NCBI RefSeq assembly: GCF_009914755.1
Contig: NC_060929.1
Direction: 5' to 3' (one strand)
DNA from: the human T2T-CHM13v2.0 reference genome, Homo sapiens
Length of the DNA stretch: 64,000 bases
Both the position numbers and the translations under genes were made by a program. The first letter of the stretch is position 1, and every line of letters begins with the position of its first letter. Under the pieces are notes generated by a model. The model had not been told where the DNA came from. It searched no databases and saw only the letters and a program-made list of their open reading frames with translations. This document shows, one piece after another, positions 43,198 through 57,245 of this stretch.

Positions 43198-43688
43198 CAG
43201 TGGTCCCCAACCTTTTTGGCACCAGACACCAGTTTTGTGGAAGAAATTTTTCCAAGGACCAGGTGAGGGGTGATGGTTTGGGGATGATACAAGCACATTA
43301 CATTTATTGTATACTTTATTTCTGTTATTATTACACTGTAATATATAATGAAATAACTATATAACTTAGCAAAATATAGAATCAGTGGGAGCCCTGATCT
43401 TCTTTTCCTGCAACAAGACAGTCCCATCCGGGGGTGACAGGAGACAGGGACAGATCATCAGGCATTAGATTATCATAAGGAGCATGCAACCCAGATCCTT
43501 CACATGTGCATTTCACAATAGGGTTCGCGCTCCTTTGAAAATCTAATGCTGCTGATCTGAGAGGAGGCAGAGCTCAGGTGGTATTGTGAGTGATGGGGAG
43601 CAGCTGTAAATACAGACAAATACGCTCACCTACTGCTCACCTCCTGCGCTGCAGCCTGGTTACATTGCTCCGGGGTTGGAGATCCCTG
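43198..43688. mobile_element. MER1A hAT-Charlie DNA transposon
   Basis: TIRs 'cagtggtccccaacc' and 'ggttggagatccctg'. Perfect 8-bp hAT TSD GTTTAAAA at 43190-43197 and 43689-43696. Confidence 0.95.
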
Positions 43689-44989
43689 GTTTAAAACATT
43701 TGCCAGCAAAATATCTCTGTGGGCTGGTATTTAGGGTGCACCCTAACTACATGTGCAGGGCAAATTAGGGTGCAGGGCACCCTAATACAACCTAAGGTTT
43801 TCCTTTCCCAAAATCTCCTTTTTTGTTTTAGAATTTTCTTCCCCGTTATAGATGAGGAAAATGTAAAAGGAAGTTGCGTATTAGCCTCACAAATTAGTAA
43901 TAGACTGAAAAGAAAGCTACAGGAATTCAAAGATTGTGGCTGTCCTTTAAGTCATTGAATCTGCTACTCTCTGTAATTAGGAGATGGCATTAATCATTAA
44001 TTAGAAAACAAACCCTAGGTGAGCAGTGTGAGGTATCTCCATGGGAACACCACTGGCTCAATCTCAACCAGAGTGAGTGACATGGGGGTATAAGCACAGA
44101 TTTAGTACACAACTGTGCAAGTCTGATTTAGGCAACTAATGTATCTGTGTAAAAATCAACTAAAACATTATTTTCTGTGTATACTCACGTTTCCTCTTTC
44201 ATCTTTTCCTTTTAAATCTTTGGTGATATGTTTCTGTTTGAATGCAGAAGTCGACGTGTGGTACTCAGGAGTGAAATATATTCTCTACCTGTAACATCAA
44301 ACATTGAAACAAAAGAGCAGTTGTAGTGAGTTCATTGAGATTCACTGAAAAGTGTTGCTTGCCTGCAGAGTAGGTGAAAGTTTCCTGCCAGCTTCTCATT
44401 TAGGGAGAACCTCTTGGTTTACTCCTCAAAAACTGTACAAGCCTCTAAAGAGTGGTAGTGGAAACTAGATACTTTTTTTTTTTTTTTTTGCCTATATAGA
44501 TAGTTGTTAAGTTATACAATGGAATAAGGATCGGAGAATTAATGAGGAAAGAAAAAGAGAGCTGTGATGGACTTAACAGTCTGAGTCTTTCTCTAACAAG
44601 CTGTCTGTATGTTTTTTGCCCATCTGCTGGGGAGTTTGAAATACCACCTTGCTGGAGAAGTACATAAAGAATGTGTTGCTACTTGTCTCCTCCTTAGAAG
44701 CCAGCTACATTGTACCTTACATTTGACTGGAAATATTTGCACCAGGTCCTATAACATGATACAGTTGTTTCAGATCATTGCATCAAATCCTCAGAGAGCC
44801 CCATATATGATTTGAGCAATGGGGGGTTATCTGGATGTACTCAACGAAAAGATAACTGATTTTGGTAGAATTTGTGAATTTAAAAGGTTGGAAAACACAA
44901 GGAAATTTTATTTGCTTAGATAGATTTTCTTATTTTAATGTGACAAAAAGTATAATTGAAAAACGTTTTCACTGTCATTGTAAACAGCT

Positions 44990-45170
44990 CAACTTACTCT
45001 GTGCCAGACACAGGAGTGGCTTATCCCACGTAATCTCGTCTACTTTTTCCCAGCCTAAGGAAGATACTGTTATTATGCCCATTTTACAGACACTTAAAAT
45101 GGCTTACTATCACCCAGCTAACTGGTGGCCCAGGACTCGAATTCAGTCTCCTCCGACTCCATAGTTAACT
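44990..45170 (-). mobile_element. MIR SINE
   Basis: 'cttactctgtgccagacac', 'attatgcccattttacaga', 'tcacccagcta...caggactcgaa'. Confidence 0.7.
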
Positions 45171-45194
45171 CTTAAATAATGACAAGAACAACAA

Positions 45195-45368
45195 AATAGT
45201 AGCAACAGTTGCATTACATTCACTGTGATCCAGGAACCCTTCTAAGCACTGCACTGTGTATTAACTATTTAATCATCACAGCAACCCTCTGAGGTGGGTT
45301 TTATTATTATTATCCTTATTTTACAGAGGAAGAAACTGAGTCACAAAACACTAAGCAACTGGCCCCAT
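45195..45368 (-). mobile_element. MIR SINE
   Basis: 'tttaatcatcacagcaaccctctgaggtggg...ttttacagaggaagaaactgagtcaca'. Confidence 0.8.
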
Positions 45369-47912
45369 TACCTCCAATAATTTATTAACATGATATGTAA
45401 TACACAAAGTAAAACTGGTCATCTGAAAAGAAAAACATTAAATTTACAAACTGCATAAAAGCTTGTGGATGGTATTTCTAACCAACAATGGCCAGAGAAA
45501 ATGATTTTTTCTTCTTTCACTCCATTAACACAATTAACTTAATCATTATCAACGTTTCTTGCCTGGCAAATGTGGAGCCTGGAAATAGTTACTTTAGTCA
45601 AGGGACTGCCCTTGTCAAGGTCCAACATAATTTAAAGACAAGTTACCATTATCATCGTTAAGTTCTAAAGAAGATTCTCTCTTGCCAATTTGTGGTTTTG
45701 TCCTTCTGGTGCTGTTGGTTTCTGTTCTGGTCTTAAAGCCCATCTGTTAGTCCAGCTGTAGGGACTGAGTACCTCTTACATCCGACTATGTGTATATAGT
45801 TGATTGAATAATTACTAACAAATTTCAGAAACTTCTTTGTTGTTCCATTTCAACATGATTAAAAAGCAAGCTCACACTTTCTAGAAGACTGCAGAATAAG
45901 AAATAGATGATCTGAAGAATACACATCTCGTGATATCTGATCGAATAACTTGAAGTCTATAGATCCTTTCTCATGAAAATAAATAAGTCAGCTGAAGGCT
46001 AGAATCAGAGTGACTAATGTAGTACAGCGATGGAATTGTGTCCTTTCCCCCTACTTAAAAATAATGATAGGTTCTTCTGGAACCTGCTTAAGTAAGTGAC
46101 ACATGGAGAGATGGATTGCGACGCTGTGACATATGGTGCACTGGTATTGCAGTTGTATTGTAGAGATTATTACTAGCAGCAAGATTTTATAGTTATTGCC
46201 CTGTCAAGCTGGTGTTTTAATCACTATCATCAACACCGCCTTCATGTTTTACCTCATCTTCTTTTCGGCAAGGCAGACCAGTGTGTCATCCAAAGAGAAA
46301 CTCATTTGTTTGGACCGATTATTTCATTAAGATATATATTTCAGAGGGACATGTGAAGGATGACTTTATGAGGCAGGGGAAAATACTCACCGTATGGAAT
46401 AGAATTTAAGGACTGCAATTATTGATCTGAGAAGGCATGAGACTGGTGAGTTTGCTAAGAATACCACAAGCCTGCCTTAGAGATGAGGAAGGACTGAGGG
46501 TGCAGGTGTTTCCTCTTGTTCCTGAGAGCAATTAGACAGCCAAATGATTTCCACTGTTACCTAATAAGGCAACAAGTGTCACCTGTCGAAGTTGATTCCA
46601 GGCGCTTTTAATGCAAACATAGCTCAGCTTCTCCAGCTCACTAACATTCTGTATATTTTACAGACTCAGGAGAGGCAAAGAATGTAAACCATCACAAGTA
46701 AAGGAGAAAATGAAAAAATGGGTTAAGCATCGTTTGTCATTTGATCTTTAGTTATTTAACTTTGTTTTTTAATAAAGTAAAATTAAATCCTTTTTATATG
46801 AACCAGATCCCACCTTCACCCCACTCCCAAAGTTTTCAAAGGTAACTATTCTCAGTGTGGGTTGTCAGTTTCACACGGTAGAATACACCATAATATTTTC
46901 ATTTTGTCTTCTTTAGAGGGAAACTAGACTGTTTCCTCAAACCTTTTTCTGCCTCCCATTTGAAATATAAATCTGGTTGAGAAGCTTTCTTGGTGAAAGT
47001 TACAGCTGTGGGGTTCTTTTCCCCTCTGTTTGTTACAATTGACCTCTTTCCTAGCACATTAGATTCAGCCTCAAACTTAAATTGCAAGGTGTTATGAATA
47101 ACACGCACGTCACTTCAGGCTTTGCTGGTAGAGCTGTTCTTTCCCAGTGTCTCAGCACATAGCACCTCCTAAAAAGCCAAGAGAGACAAACTTCTCATTT
47201 GTGGAGCACAGCAGGTCAGCCCCTTCCATATGCTCAAGATTTGTGACTTGTGTCATAGGCAGCCCATTCTCATCTTTCAAGTCCTAACAGTTCAAGAGCC
47301 TCAAATCCCTTTGAACCCAGATTAAATGGGTTCTGGAAAACGTGCTACTGTGTGTAGGGACTTACTGTTTTCCTGAAGAACAATGCATTCTGGGCCCTCC
47401 TAGACTACCTTTTGACTAAGGAGCTCCATACTAATCTTTTATCTGATTATCACCCAAACATGCTATGTGGGGGTGGCTATGTATATATTCATATTTATGT
47501 ATAATTCAGCGTGCATATTTGTATCATTTTACCCTCTTGGCAAGCACATTTCAAGACCCAGCTTTCTCAGCCAAAATGAGTTTCATGATTTAAGTACGTT
47601 GTAATGCCACATCTCTTTCTTGCCAAGTACAGGGGACACATCAGGATGATTTCTCCCATTGAGCTTCATCTGCGAGTACTATAAGACACCTTCACTGCAG
47701 TGTGATCCTAAAAGAAGAAATACCTAATCTATCTAAGCATTCCTGATGACACATCAGGAGACATGAGCTCATTTTAATCTCCTTTCCATCAATATCCGTA
47801 TCTTAGGAAGGCATCTCAAGCATTCTGGTTTATCTTAATGATGCAATATGTTTTCTCATTGATGAACTTAATCCCTTTTAGGTTTATGCTTTGTCCATTT
47901 TAAGAGTAATTT

Positions 47913-48195
47913 TTATTTTATTTTTCTTTGAGACAGCGTCCTCCTCTATTGCCCGGGCTGGAGGGCAGTAGAGCAATCACTGCTCATGGCAGTCTCAACC
48001 TCCTGGGCTCAAGGGATTCTCCTACCTCAGCCTCCCAAATAGCTGGGATGACATGTACACACCACTATGCCACGCCATCTTTTTTTTTTGTAGCCATCTT
48101 TCTGAAGCTGGCCTAGAACTCCTGGACTCAAGCCATCTCCCCACCTCAGCCTCCCAAAGTACTGGGATTACAGGCATGAGCCACCATGCACAACC
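47913..48195 (-). mobile_element. AluJ with an internal deletion
   Basis: 'tcaacctcctgggctcaag' and 'actcctggactcaagc'. Perfect 16-bp TSD ATTTTAAGAGTAATTT at 47897-47912 and 48196-48211. Confidence 0.92.
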
Positions 48196-48459
48196 ATTTT
48201 AAGAGTAATTTATTTCCACTTTTGTTTAAGGTCGTATCTTTTTTATCATTGCTAAACATGCTTATTGAAAGAATATTTTGTTCTAGATGCCTAGAAACAG
48301 TGAACAACTCTGTTCTGAATATTAATGTTTCTACAGAACCAGCATCCCATCTTCATTTCTTTTAAGAGCCCCTCTTCCATCCCTCTGCTCCTTTAGGAAA
48401 CTTTTCTTCTATCAGTACTTGTGTTTCTGGTACAATCATAGTAGTGGAGACAATTTCTC

Positions 48460-49060
48460 ATTATTATTGCTTTTGAAAATGTTTCTGACATTCCTTATTC
48501 ACATATTATTCTAAATGAAATTTAGAATACATTTCATATACTGCATGCTCCCACATTCCACCAAAAAATGAGATGTTGGCTCACATTGATTTCTATTAAA
48601 ATAATTAGGGGAGAATTGAAATATCCCTATCTTAATTATTACTACTGTTTACTTTGACAAGACTCTCCATTAATTCTATTGCATCTATGTTCATTTTTCC
48701 AGTTTTATGGTTTTCTATTTTGCACATCACTTACTCAGTTTGTTTCTGTGACTTTTTAAATTCTGTTGCTATTCTGAGTTAGATCTCTACTTCACTCAAT
48801 ATCTTCTCTAATTGGTTATTGATGATTTCTAAGACAGCTATTGATATGGGTATCTTTTAGCCTTCTATCAAGTTATTAATTATAAAATATGTGAATTTAT
48901 TTTTTGTTTAGGTAAACAACTGTATCATATGTGGAAACATGAAAATAAAACAAAAGACAGTGATAAATTTGAGTCTTTTTTTCTTAGTATTTACATCTCT
49001 CATTTTTTCAACAATTATCTTTTGCCAAAATGCCCTCCAGACTGTCCCAATGTGAATACA
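48460..49060 (-). mobile_element. Ancient L1 (L1ME-like) ORF2 fragment
   Basis: 'aaatgaaatttagaat', 'aattaggggagaattga', 'aattggttattgatg...cagctattgat', 'ggtaaacaac...tcatatgtggaaa'. Highly diverged. Confidence 0.55.
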
Positions 49061-49126
49061 TCCTATGCATTAAGTCTCAGGTCAAATACTTGCTTTGGAA
49101 TAAATACTTTACTTACCTTGACAAGC

Positions 49127-49944
49127 TGTAATATCTTCTAATGGAATCATTGCTTCTCTACTCACAACAGTTCTGACACCAAATGTGTGGGTTTTACTTC
49201 ACATCAGCAACCAGTTGTCCAACTGTGTGAACACCAACTGGGTATCTGATGATGCCATTCAGTTCCAATACCAACCACCCTAAGTTAGTGCAGACCCACA
49301 GGTTGAGGACTCAGTCCTGCAAGACTGCCCCCTACTTCCGATGCCAGTCGCAAGTAGTGGATTCCCCAGATTACACACACTTCTGTCCAACTTGGGTATA
49401 CATCGAATATTCCCAGGACCTCCTCTTCAGGTTCAAAAATTTGCTATAATGGCTCTCAAAACTCAGGGAAACACCTTACTCACCATTTCCAGTTTATTAT
49501 AAAGAATACAGCTCACGAACACCCAAATAAGAGATGGGTAGGAAAGGTGTATGGGTGGGAAGTAGAGGGCTCCCATGTCCTCTCAGGTGTGCTGCCCTCC
49601 CAGCATCACGACACGTACACCAACTGGGAAGTTCATCAAATCTCATTGTTCAAGATTTTTTACAGAGCTTCATCTCCAGCCACCCCCTACTCTTTTCCAG
49701 AGGTTGGTGGGTGAAGCTGAAATTTCCAACCCTTTAATCAATTGGTCTTTCTGGGGACCATCCTCATCCTGAAGCTATCTAGAGATCCCACCCTGATTTA
49801 CCATATTAGCATAAACTCAGTTGTGATCAAAAGGACACTCCTTTTATAAATAATAAAGTACACTCCTATCACTCAGAAAATTCCAAGGCTTTTAGAAGCC
49901 TTGTACCAGGAACAAAGACTAAATATGTTTCTTATTATACCACA
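49127..49944 (-). mobile_element. MER21 (MER21C-like) LTR
   Basis: 'ttctgacaccaaatgtgtggg', 'cagacccacaggttgagg...ctcagtcc', 'ctcagggaaacac', 'aaattccaagg'. End 'cttattataccaca'. Confidence 0.85.
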
Positions 49945-50659
49945 TCCCCCTTCTGGAAATCTCTAAACTATGTTACAAATCCCTCTCTTATAGACTATAA
50001 TACTATAGAGAATAAAATTATGATTATATAAATGGATTAACATAATCAAATTATGAATAATAGGCATAACAGAATTTTTCTTTATAAAGGTATGTCACTT
50101 TCTCCCACATTTTCTTTAATTGAAGATCCCACCAGCTTGCCTTGTGCAGAGGAATCTGCAATTAAAGAAAGAAAGAATGGCTCTGGCACTCAAGGGCCAT
50201 TCCGGAACCATTTTTTTATGGATTAGTGTTATATTGGCAATGCACATGTCTCCAGCTTGTTAGCCTGGTTCTAAGGACAAGCCATACATTTTATGTAACA
50301 GTTAAAATTTTACCCTTCAGTTTTCTCAAAATGGTTCAGTGTGTGCCATCCACATGCTGTGATTTATCTGTGTCAGGTGTATCTACTTCATCTTCTGTGC
50401 ATTTAGCAAAATTTGATCTAGTATCTCTAAGGTGTATGGTTCAAAAGCCTTTTTTTTCTTTTTGGCTTACACTCAAGTCTTTCAATGTACACTGAAGCAA
50501 ATTAATTTTTTTTGCTATATTATTTTTATCCCTTACTGCTCGTTTCATTCCAGGATCATCAAATGGCCCCATTGTTTCACTACATCGTATATAAAGATTA
50601 TTGTGTTGCTGACTTTGAAGTCTTTGTAAAGTTACCACTCAATTTACTTTATTGGCCAT

Positions 50660-50812
50660 TTTTCACGTCTAATTGCATTCACACAATATGTGTTTCTATA
50701 TTCACCTCACTTTGACTGCTCTTCCCTTTAAGATGCTGTATTTTCATGTCTAATTGCATGTGTGTTTCTATATTCACCTCACTTTGACTGCTCTTTCCTT
50801 TAAGGTGGTGTA
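50660..50812. repeat. Tandem duplication, 81-bp and 72-bp copies
   Basis: 'tgtgtttctatattcacctcactttgactgctctt' and its flanks occur twice, head to tail. Confidence 0.95.
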
Positions 50813-51341
50813 TTTTTACTTCCCATACACATGTGGAAGCTTTTTGCATCTTTTCAAGTCCTTCCTGACCAGTATCCTATGGTCCTCCTGCCCAGGGTTT
50901 TAAAAAGGGGTTTTCAAGTATTCTGTAGGTTTTCTGTTTTTCTCTGCTTTTGACATTTCAAAAATTCTATTCTTCTGCTAATTAATGTTTTTGCTAGTCA
51001 TAGTCTATATTTCATGCTTACATTCCCAGAATCACCAGCGACTTAATTACTTACTAGTCACATGCTGGGGGAAAAAGGGTTCTCTCTCAATGCTTTGTCT
51101 CCATTCCTTTCATCAGGGTCAGTGACATCAGTTAGTCGCGTTCTTCAGTTGGGTACCAAGATGAGGGGGCAATGTAGCTGAATTTTCAGTCTGTTTTCTT
51201 CCTGCAAAGATGACCTGGACCATGTGCCCCAGAGAAAAGGATGCTTTTTGATAACTTACAGAAAGTCATTGTATATGCTAAATGTCATCTTGCCCTCCTC
51301 ATCTGGAGACAATATTCTTTAACCAAAATATTAAAGGTTAA

Positions 51342-51515
51342 TGAAAGAAAGGAAGGAAAGATGAAAGGAAGAAAGGAAGGAAGTGGGAGGGAAGGAGGAG
51401 AGGAAAGAAGAGAGGCTTGGAGGGAGGGAAAGAGGAACAAAGAAAGGAAGGGAGGGAAAAAAAGGGAGGGAGGGCGGAGGGAGGAAGGGAGAGAAAACAA
51501 AAAAATGAAAAAATA
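51342..51515. repeat. GA-rich (GGAA/GGGA) low-complexity tract
   Basis: Seen directly, almost all purines on the + strand. Confidence 0.9.
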
Positions 51516-51594
51516 AAATTAGATAAATAAATGAACTATACTTCTGACTATTAACATATTCAAAAGAATTAGTTAAGGGTGGTGATAGAAAAGT

Positions 51595-51603
51595 ACACAC
51601 ACA

Positions 51604-51641
<38 letters not shown>
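51595..51641. repeat. (CA)n microsatellite
   Basis: About 23 units with one GA interruption. Confidence 0.95.
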
Positions 51642-51644
<3 letters not shown>

Positions 51645-52168
51645 GTATTTCTTCTGTTCACAAGATCTATTAGAATAGAAATTAGAATGAAATACCTGGG
51701 ATTATGCCCCTGAGTGTATACTGGAGTTAGAATGTGTATTTCTGCAACTTTAAAGCTATTTTTTAGTGTACGTGTATTACATTAATTTTTTAACTATCAC
51801 TTTTATTTAGGGATCTGATTATGAAGAAATGTGATTAAAATACTGTTTAAAACACATTTACTAAATATGTCAATTTTCAGAAAGTTTATTTTGTAATTAA
51901 GCACACTATGATGTTTAAAATATCTGATGAGGCATATGTATAGATATATTTTATATTTTTACAAAAGCCCACATCATTTAAACATAGCTCGATGGAGATA
52001 TATTAATGGTAATGAAACCGTGAAAGTCGAATTCATTACTTGTTGTTTAGTAACCATTTCACAAACACCAGAACGCTATTAAATCATTGGTGAGCTTTAT
52101 CTTAAAAGCAAAAAATATATATATTTTTAAACTTTAGTGTAAAATATATCAGTAGATATATTTAATAA

Positions 52169-53040
<872 letters not shown>

Positions 53041-53056
53041 TTTTTCCTTTTACTAT

Positions 53057-53378
53057 TGTGTAGAGAAAGCTCTCTCTAACCATGTTTTTCTCTACTCTCA
53101 CACCAGAAGCATCAACACGGAAGACTTCCATGACTAAACGACTGGGGGCTTTACCCCACACTCTGAGCAGTGGACACCAGCTGAGTGTGCTCTAACTCAG
53201 TTCTGACATTATCTACCTGGAGAGAGTGTCAGATCCCACAGGCTAGGAGCTCAATCCCCAATATTGTCCTTCACAACCCCAAGTAACAGTCACAAGTCTG
53301 GGCCTCCGAAATTTCTGATTAACTGGTTTCAAGTTGGATTTCCCATGACTTTGGGTTTAGTTAATTTGCTGGAGTGGC
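53057..53378 (-). mobile_element. MER21-family LTR fragment (MER21A/B-like)
   Basis: 'gcagtggacaccagctgagtgt', 'ttctgacattatctacctggaga...gtcagatcccacagg', 'ttaatttgctggagtggc'. Confidence 0.75.
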
Positions 53379-53384
53379 AAACTC

Positions 53385-54075
53385 AACCTCTTTGTATATT
53401 TGAATTTAAACTGGGTCTTCTGTAGGCAGCATATAGTTGTATCTTGTCCTTAGTTTATTTTGACAATCTTTGACTTATTTAGATGATTTATTGAATGTAT
53501 GTTTAATGGTATTATTGATATCACTGGATTGATATTTTCCATTTAAGTTTTTTTGTTTTCTATATGTCTTTTTAAAATTATTTTTGGAGACAAAGTCTCT
53601 GTCCTATGGGTGGAAGCTGGGTGGATGAAATAAACCCCAAACGTTTAGCCATATTCATGAGGAATTTAGCCTCTTCAACTTGGAGTTAGAAGAGATAAGA
53701 AATGCTGGGGACTTACTGCTCCAAATGAGATATAGTTAACCCTGACTGGGAACTAAATGGGAAGAATGCTCTGTTTTGTGGGCCACATCTTCCCATAATG
53801 GAGCTTGTATCAAACTGAGTTGGGAGTGGGAAGGTAGGGATCATGCTATGGCTCAAATACCACAGGTTCTTGATTTTTTTTTAAAACCATGTTTTAGCAG
53901 ATTTTCATTAATACATGTTTTACATTTTGCCCTATTCCCTTAGAACAATGCCAGATATATTAAATTGTTGGGTTTGGGGTTTTGTTTGCATTTTTTAATA
54001 GTTTTCATCAGCTTTCTTGTTTCTCTGAGAAGTAAGTCTGCATAGCTCCTCATACTATTTTCCCAGAAGTGGAGC
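53385..54075 (-). mobile_element. Old L1M fragments: ORF2 endonuclease region followed by 5'-end-like sequence
   Basis: 'tcttctgtaggcagcatatagttgtatcttg' is L1 EN region in antisense. 'ttagcagattttcattaatacatgttt...ctcctcatactattttcccagaagt' resembles L1M 5' ends. Confidence 0.55.
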
Positions 54076-55529
54076 CACTTGTATTTTTTTAAGGCCACTG
54101 TTTATTGATATGGAATTCTATATTATTTATTTTTTTCAGCACTTTAAATATGCTTAACAGTTTTGAGTGTAGACCCCTGTTTCATTGTTGTACCTTCTCT
54201 CTATTATCTTGAGCCCTCCATTTCTGCCTGCTTTAGCTGTACTCCTAAGCATCCAAAAATACTTTTAAAAATAAATTCAGCTTTTTTAGTTGTTCTCAGT
54301 GGAGTTTTGGTCTCTTCCAAACTGCTTCATCATATGCAGGACTTTTTAATTAATGTACTTAAAGCTGGAGTCTGGGGAAGTAACCAAAATTTTTTAAAAA
54401 TATGAATGTCCAAAAATTAACAGTAAAGCTAAAGGTATTTTTAAAATGACTCAATAATGGCTGATTTAGGTATTTTCTAGATGAACATTAAGTAAAGCTT
54501 CAGGAAATTGAGAAATGTAACTTTCTGTTTTACAAACAGCCCTTTTCTATTCCTCCCCAATACCAGATTGAATAACTTTTGATGGTCTCTATGGCACGAA
54601 CAGTTCATGGAGTGAACACTTAAATGAAGAAGGAAATGTCTCTGACTCCTGATATGGTATAAACACCTGTCTAAATCATTCTGACAGACTTCAGATCCTC
54701 TTATCTTTATACTCAAGTGTTAAAATAATGATTAAGTTCATTATCATATATAAATAACAAATCTTCCTGACAAAGCAAAAATAAGGGAACTAAATAAGAG
54801 CTTAAAATTTTAAGATACTATGAAAAACAGCCATCACAATTTTATACTCTAAGTGTCAACAACTCACATCCAGCAATTGTTTTAGAACTTAAAATATATA
54901 AAAGAAATTATTTATGTGCCTGGTTTTTTATACAGTCATTGAATCTACTCAAAATATTTAGCTATATTTAGTGATTTAGTGTTCAGTGCTATTTAGAAGA
55001 AACGAAAACAGTAAAAAGAACTTAGTTACAATGAAAAGACCCAGTCAACATAAATTTAACTTAAAACATAGTTTGACTTTTTATACTAGGAGGTCGGCTA
55101 GCATGTAAGTTTCTGTATTATAATTAAGGATAATAAATGTTTCCCGATCTTAAATTCTAACTTCTCTGATCATCTCTAACTTAACTTGTAATTAAAAAGA
55201 TCACAAAATAAAGAAGTTGATGTCTCTATTTACTTGCTAATCAATTGTTTATTTGGTTCACAAATTCATTATTTTTCCAAAATGCTGATCTAATTTTCAG
55301 TCTTGATTACATGGAGAACCGAATTAGAGGGTTTGTTTTTTTCTTCAATTCTTATGTTACATTGGTTCAAGGATGAACAAAAATATAAAGAAAACCTGTC
55401 CATCTTTAGGTGAGATTTCTTTGCCAGGTTTAAGTATTTGTCAAAACAAAATCTGCTTAATGTGTCAAACTTGTCTATTATTCTTACTGTAAAATGTGGA
55501 GTGAAAAGGGCTTAATAGATGCAAGTAAA

Positions 55530-55760
55530 ATAATCATAGCTAATATTTACTCGGTGCTTATTATTTTCACTGTATTAACATGCTTTGTGTACCTTGTCTT
55601 CTTTAGCTCTCACCCAACCCTGCGCAGTGTTTGTTATCTCTGTATTACAGACTGGATAAAAAATTAACCTAGAGAGGTTAGAGAAATTGCCTAAAGTCAT
55701 GTGGCTTTTAAATAGGTAAATCAAAACTCTTATTCGCATAATTTGACTTCAAAGCTAGTA
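55530..55760 (-). mobile_element. MIR SINE
   Basis: 'atagctaatatttactcggtgctta', 'agagaggttagagaaattgcctaaagtca', 'tttgacttcaaagc'. Confidence 0.7.
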
Positions 55761-56697
55761 TACATAAACGGCCAATAATTCTACCATCATTTTTTTCTTT
55801 AATTTTAAAAAATTGTTTAGTTTTTCACTTCATTTTTGAAGGAATAGATTCGTGTGCTATTTAAAATATGTAATTTAAGCATAGTATCAACATTTTTTAA
55901 AGTTTGTAGTTTCTCTTGTTTGTATTTTAAGAGCTTAGTAGAATCAGAAATTATATAATAACTGAATCCATACAAAACAATTTAGCAAATTGGAAATCCA
56001 ATTGGTGTTTTCAAACTATTCTGTAAATTAAACTAATAAAATGGATTAGATACTAACCTATTGGTCTGGTTGAGATAGTAAGATTATCTAGATCACAAAC
56101 CATCTGCACAATTGGTCTGTTTATTTTGTTTGCTGTAGAAAAGTGAATCACATTGACCATGGAGGAAGTGAATCAGTTCTATCATGGCATCTAATCTGCT
56201 GTGCAGCTTCAGAAACTGACCCTTGTCTATAAATTGTAGAAAGTTTGAAATGATAGTAAGGAAAAATATATTTGGATTCCAAATAAACTACCTATCTTTG
56301 TAGGTATCTGCATAAATCACTGCTTCTTGAGCGACTTCTCTCCTGCTCTTTCAGCTAGGTATCCAAAGTTGTTGCATAAACTATGAATTATTTTAAATCA
56401 CAGTAAGAATGCTTAATCACGAACACTTGCTTATCTTCATGAAATCTGGAATGAAAGCAGTAATAATGTCAATCACTTATATATGCATTTAGATAAGACA
56501 GTATACAAGGTCAATGCTGAAAAGCAGGATTTCTTTTTTTGTTTTTTGCCTCTTCCAAATTCTTAAACTGTTACTCATTGGAGCTTTCAATGCATCTCAT
56601 ACAATGAATATTTCTTTGTCTCTTTACCCAGTAAAATTTACCTATATGGTACCCACATTTTTGCAAACATTTTCTGTAAACTCTTTGTTAATATGTT

Positions 56698-56999
56698 GGC
56701 TGGGTGCAGTGGCTCACGCCTGTAATCCCAGCACTTTCGGAGACCAAGGCGGGTGGATCACCTGAGGTCAGGAGTTGGAGACCAACTTGGCCAACATAGT
56801 GAATCGCTGTCTCTACTGAAAATACAAAAATTAGCCAGGCATGGTGGCGTGTGCCTGTAATCAATCCCAGCGACTGGGGAGGCTGAGGCAGGAGAATCCC
56901 TTGAACCCATTAGACAGAGGTTGCAGTGAGGGAGATCGTGCACCACTGTACTCCAGCCTGGGTGACAGAGCGAGACTCCATCTCAAAAAAAAAAAAAAA
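56698..56999 (+). mobile_element. AluSx-like
   Basis: 'ggatcacctgaggtcaggag', full right arm and poly(A). Confidence 0.95.
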
Positions 57000-57074
57000 T
57001 CTTGTTTGACAACTGCTCACCAGTTACCATATTTAATGCATTTAAATATAAGGGGGTAAACTATCACTTCTTAA

Positions 57075-57245
57075 GCAGGTGCTATGCACCAAATCTTATT
57101 TAAGATATTTTACATGTAGTATCTCTAACCCTCACTACAAATCTGTGATAAAGCTATTATACTTCTTACAAATAAGAAAATTGTTGCTCAGAAGTGTTAA
57201 CTTACTTACCCATGGCACGTGGCTACCCCAAGTTAGTATGAAAGG
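57075..57245 (-). mobile_element. MIR SINE
   Basis: 'ctcactacaaatctgtga', 'ttacaaataagaaaattgttgctcagaagtgttaacttacttacccatgg'. Confidence 0.55.

Noticed and set aside
43731-43786. Head-to-head TTAGGG/CCCTAA read as a telomere-fusion relic
   Set aside because: Only single hexamers, with no tandem telomeric array.
50660-50812. Direct repeats read as a CRISPR-like array
   Set aside because: Only two abutting copies, no spacers, eukaryotic context, no cas genes.
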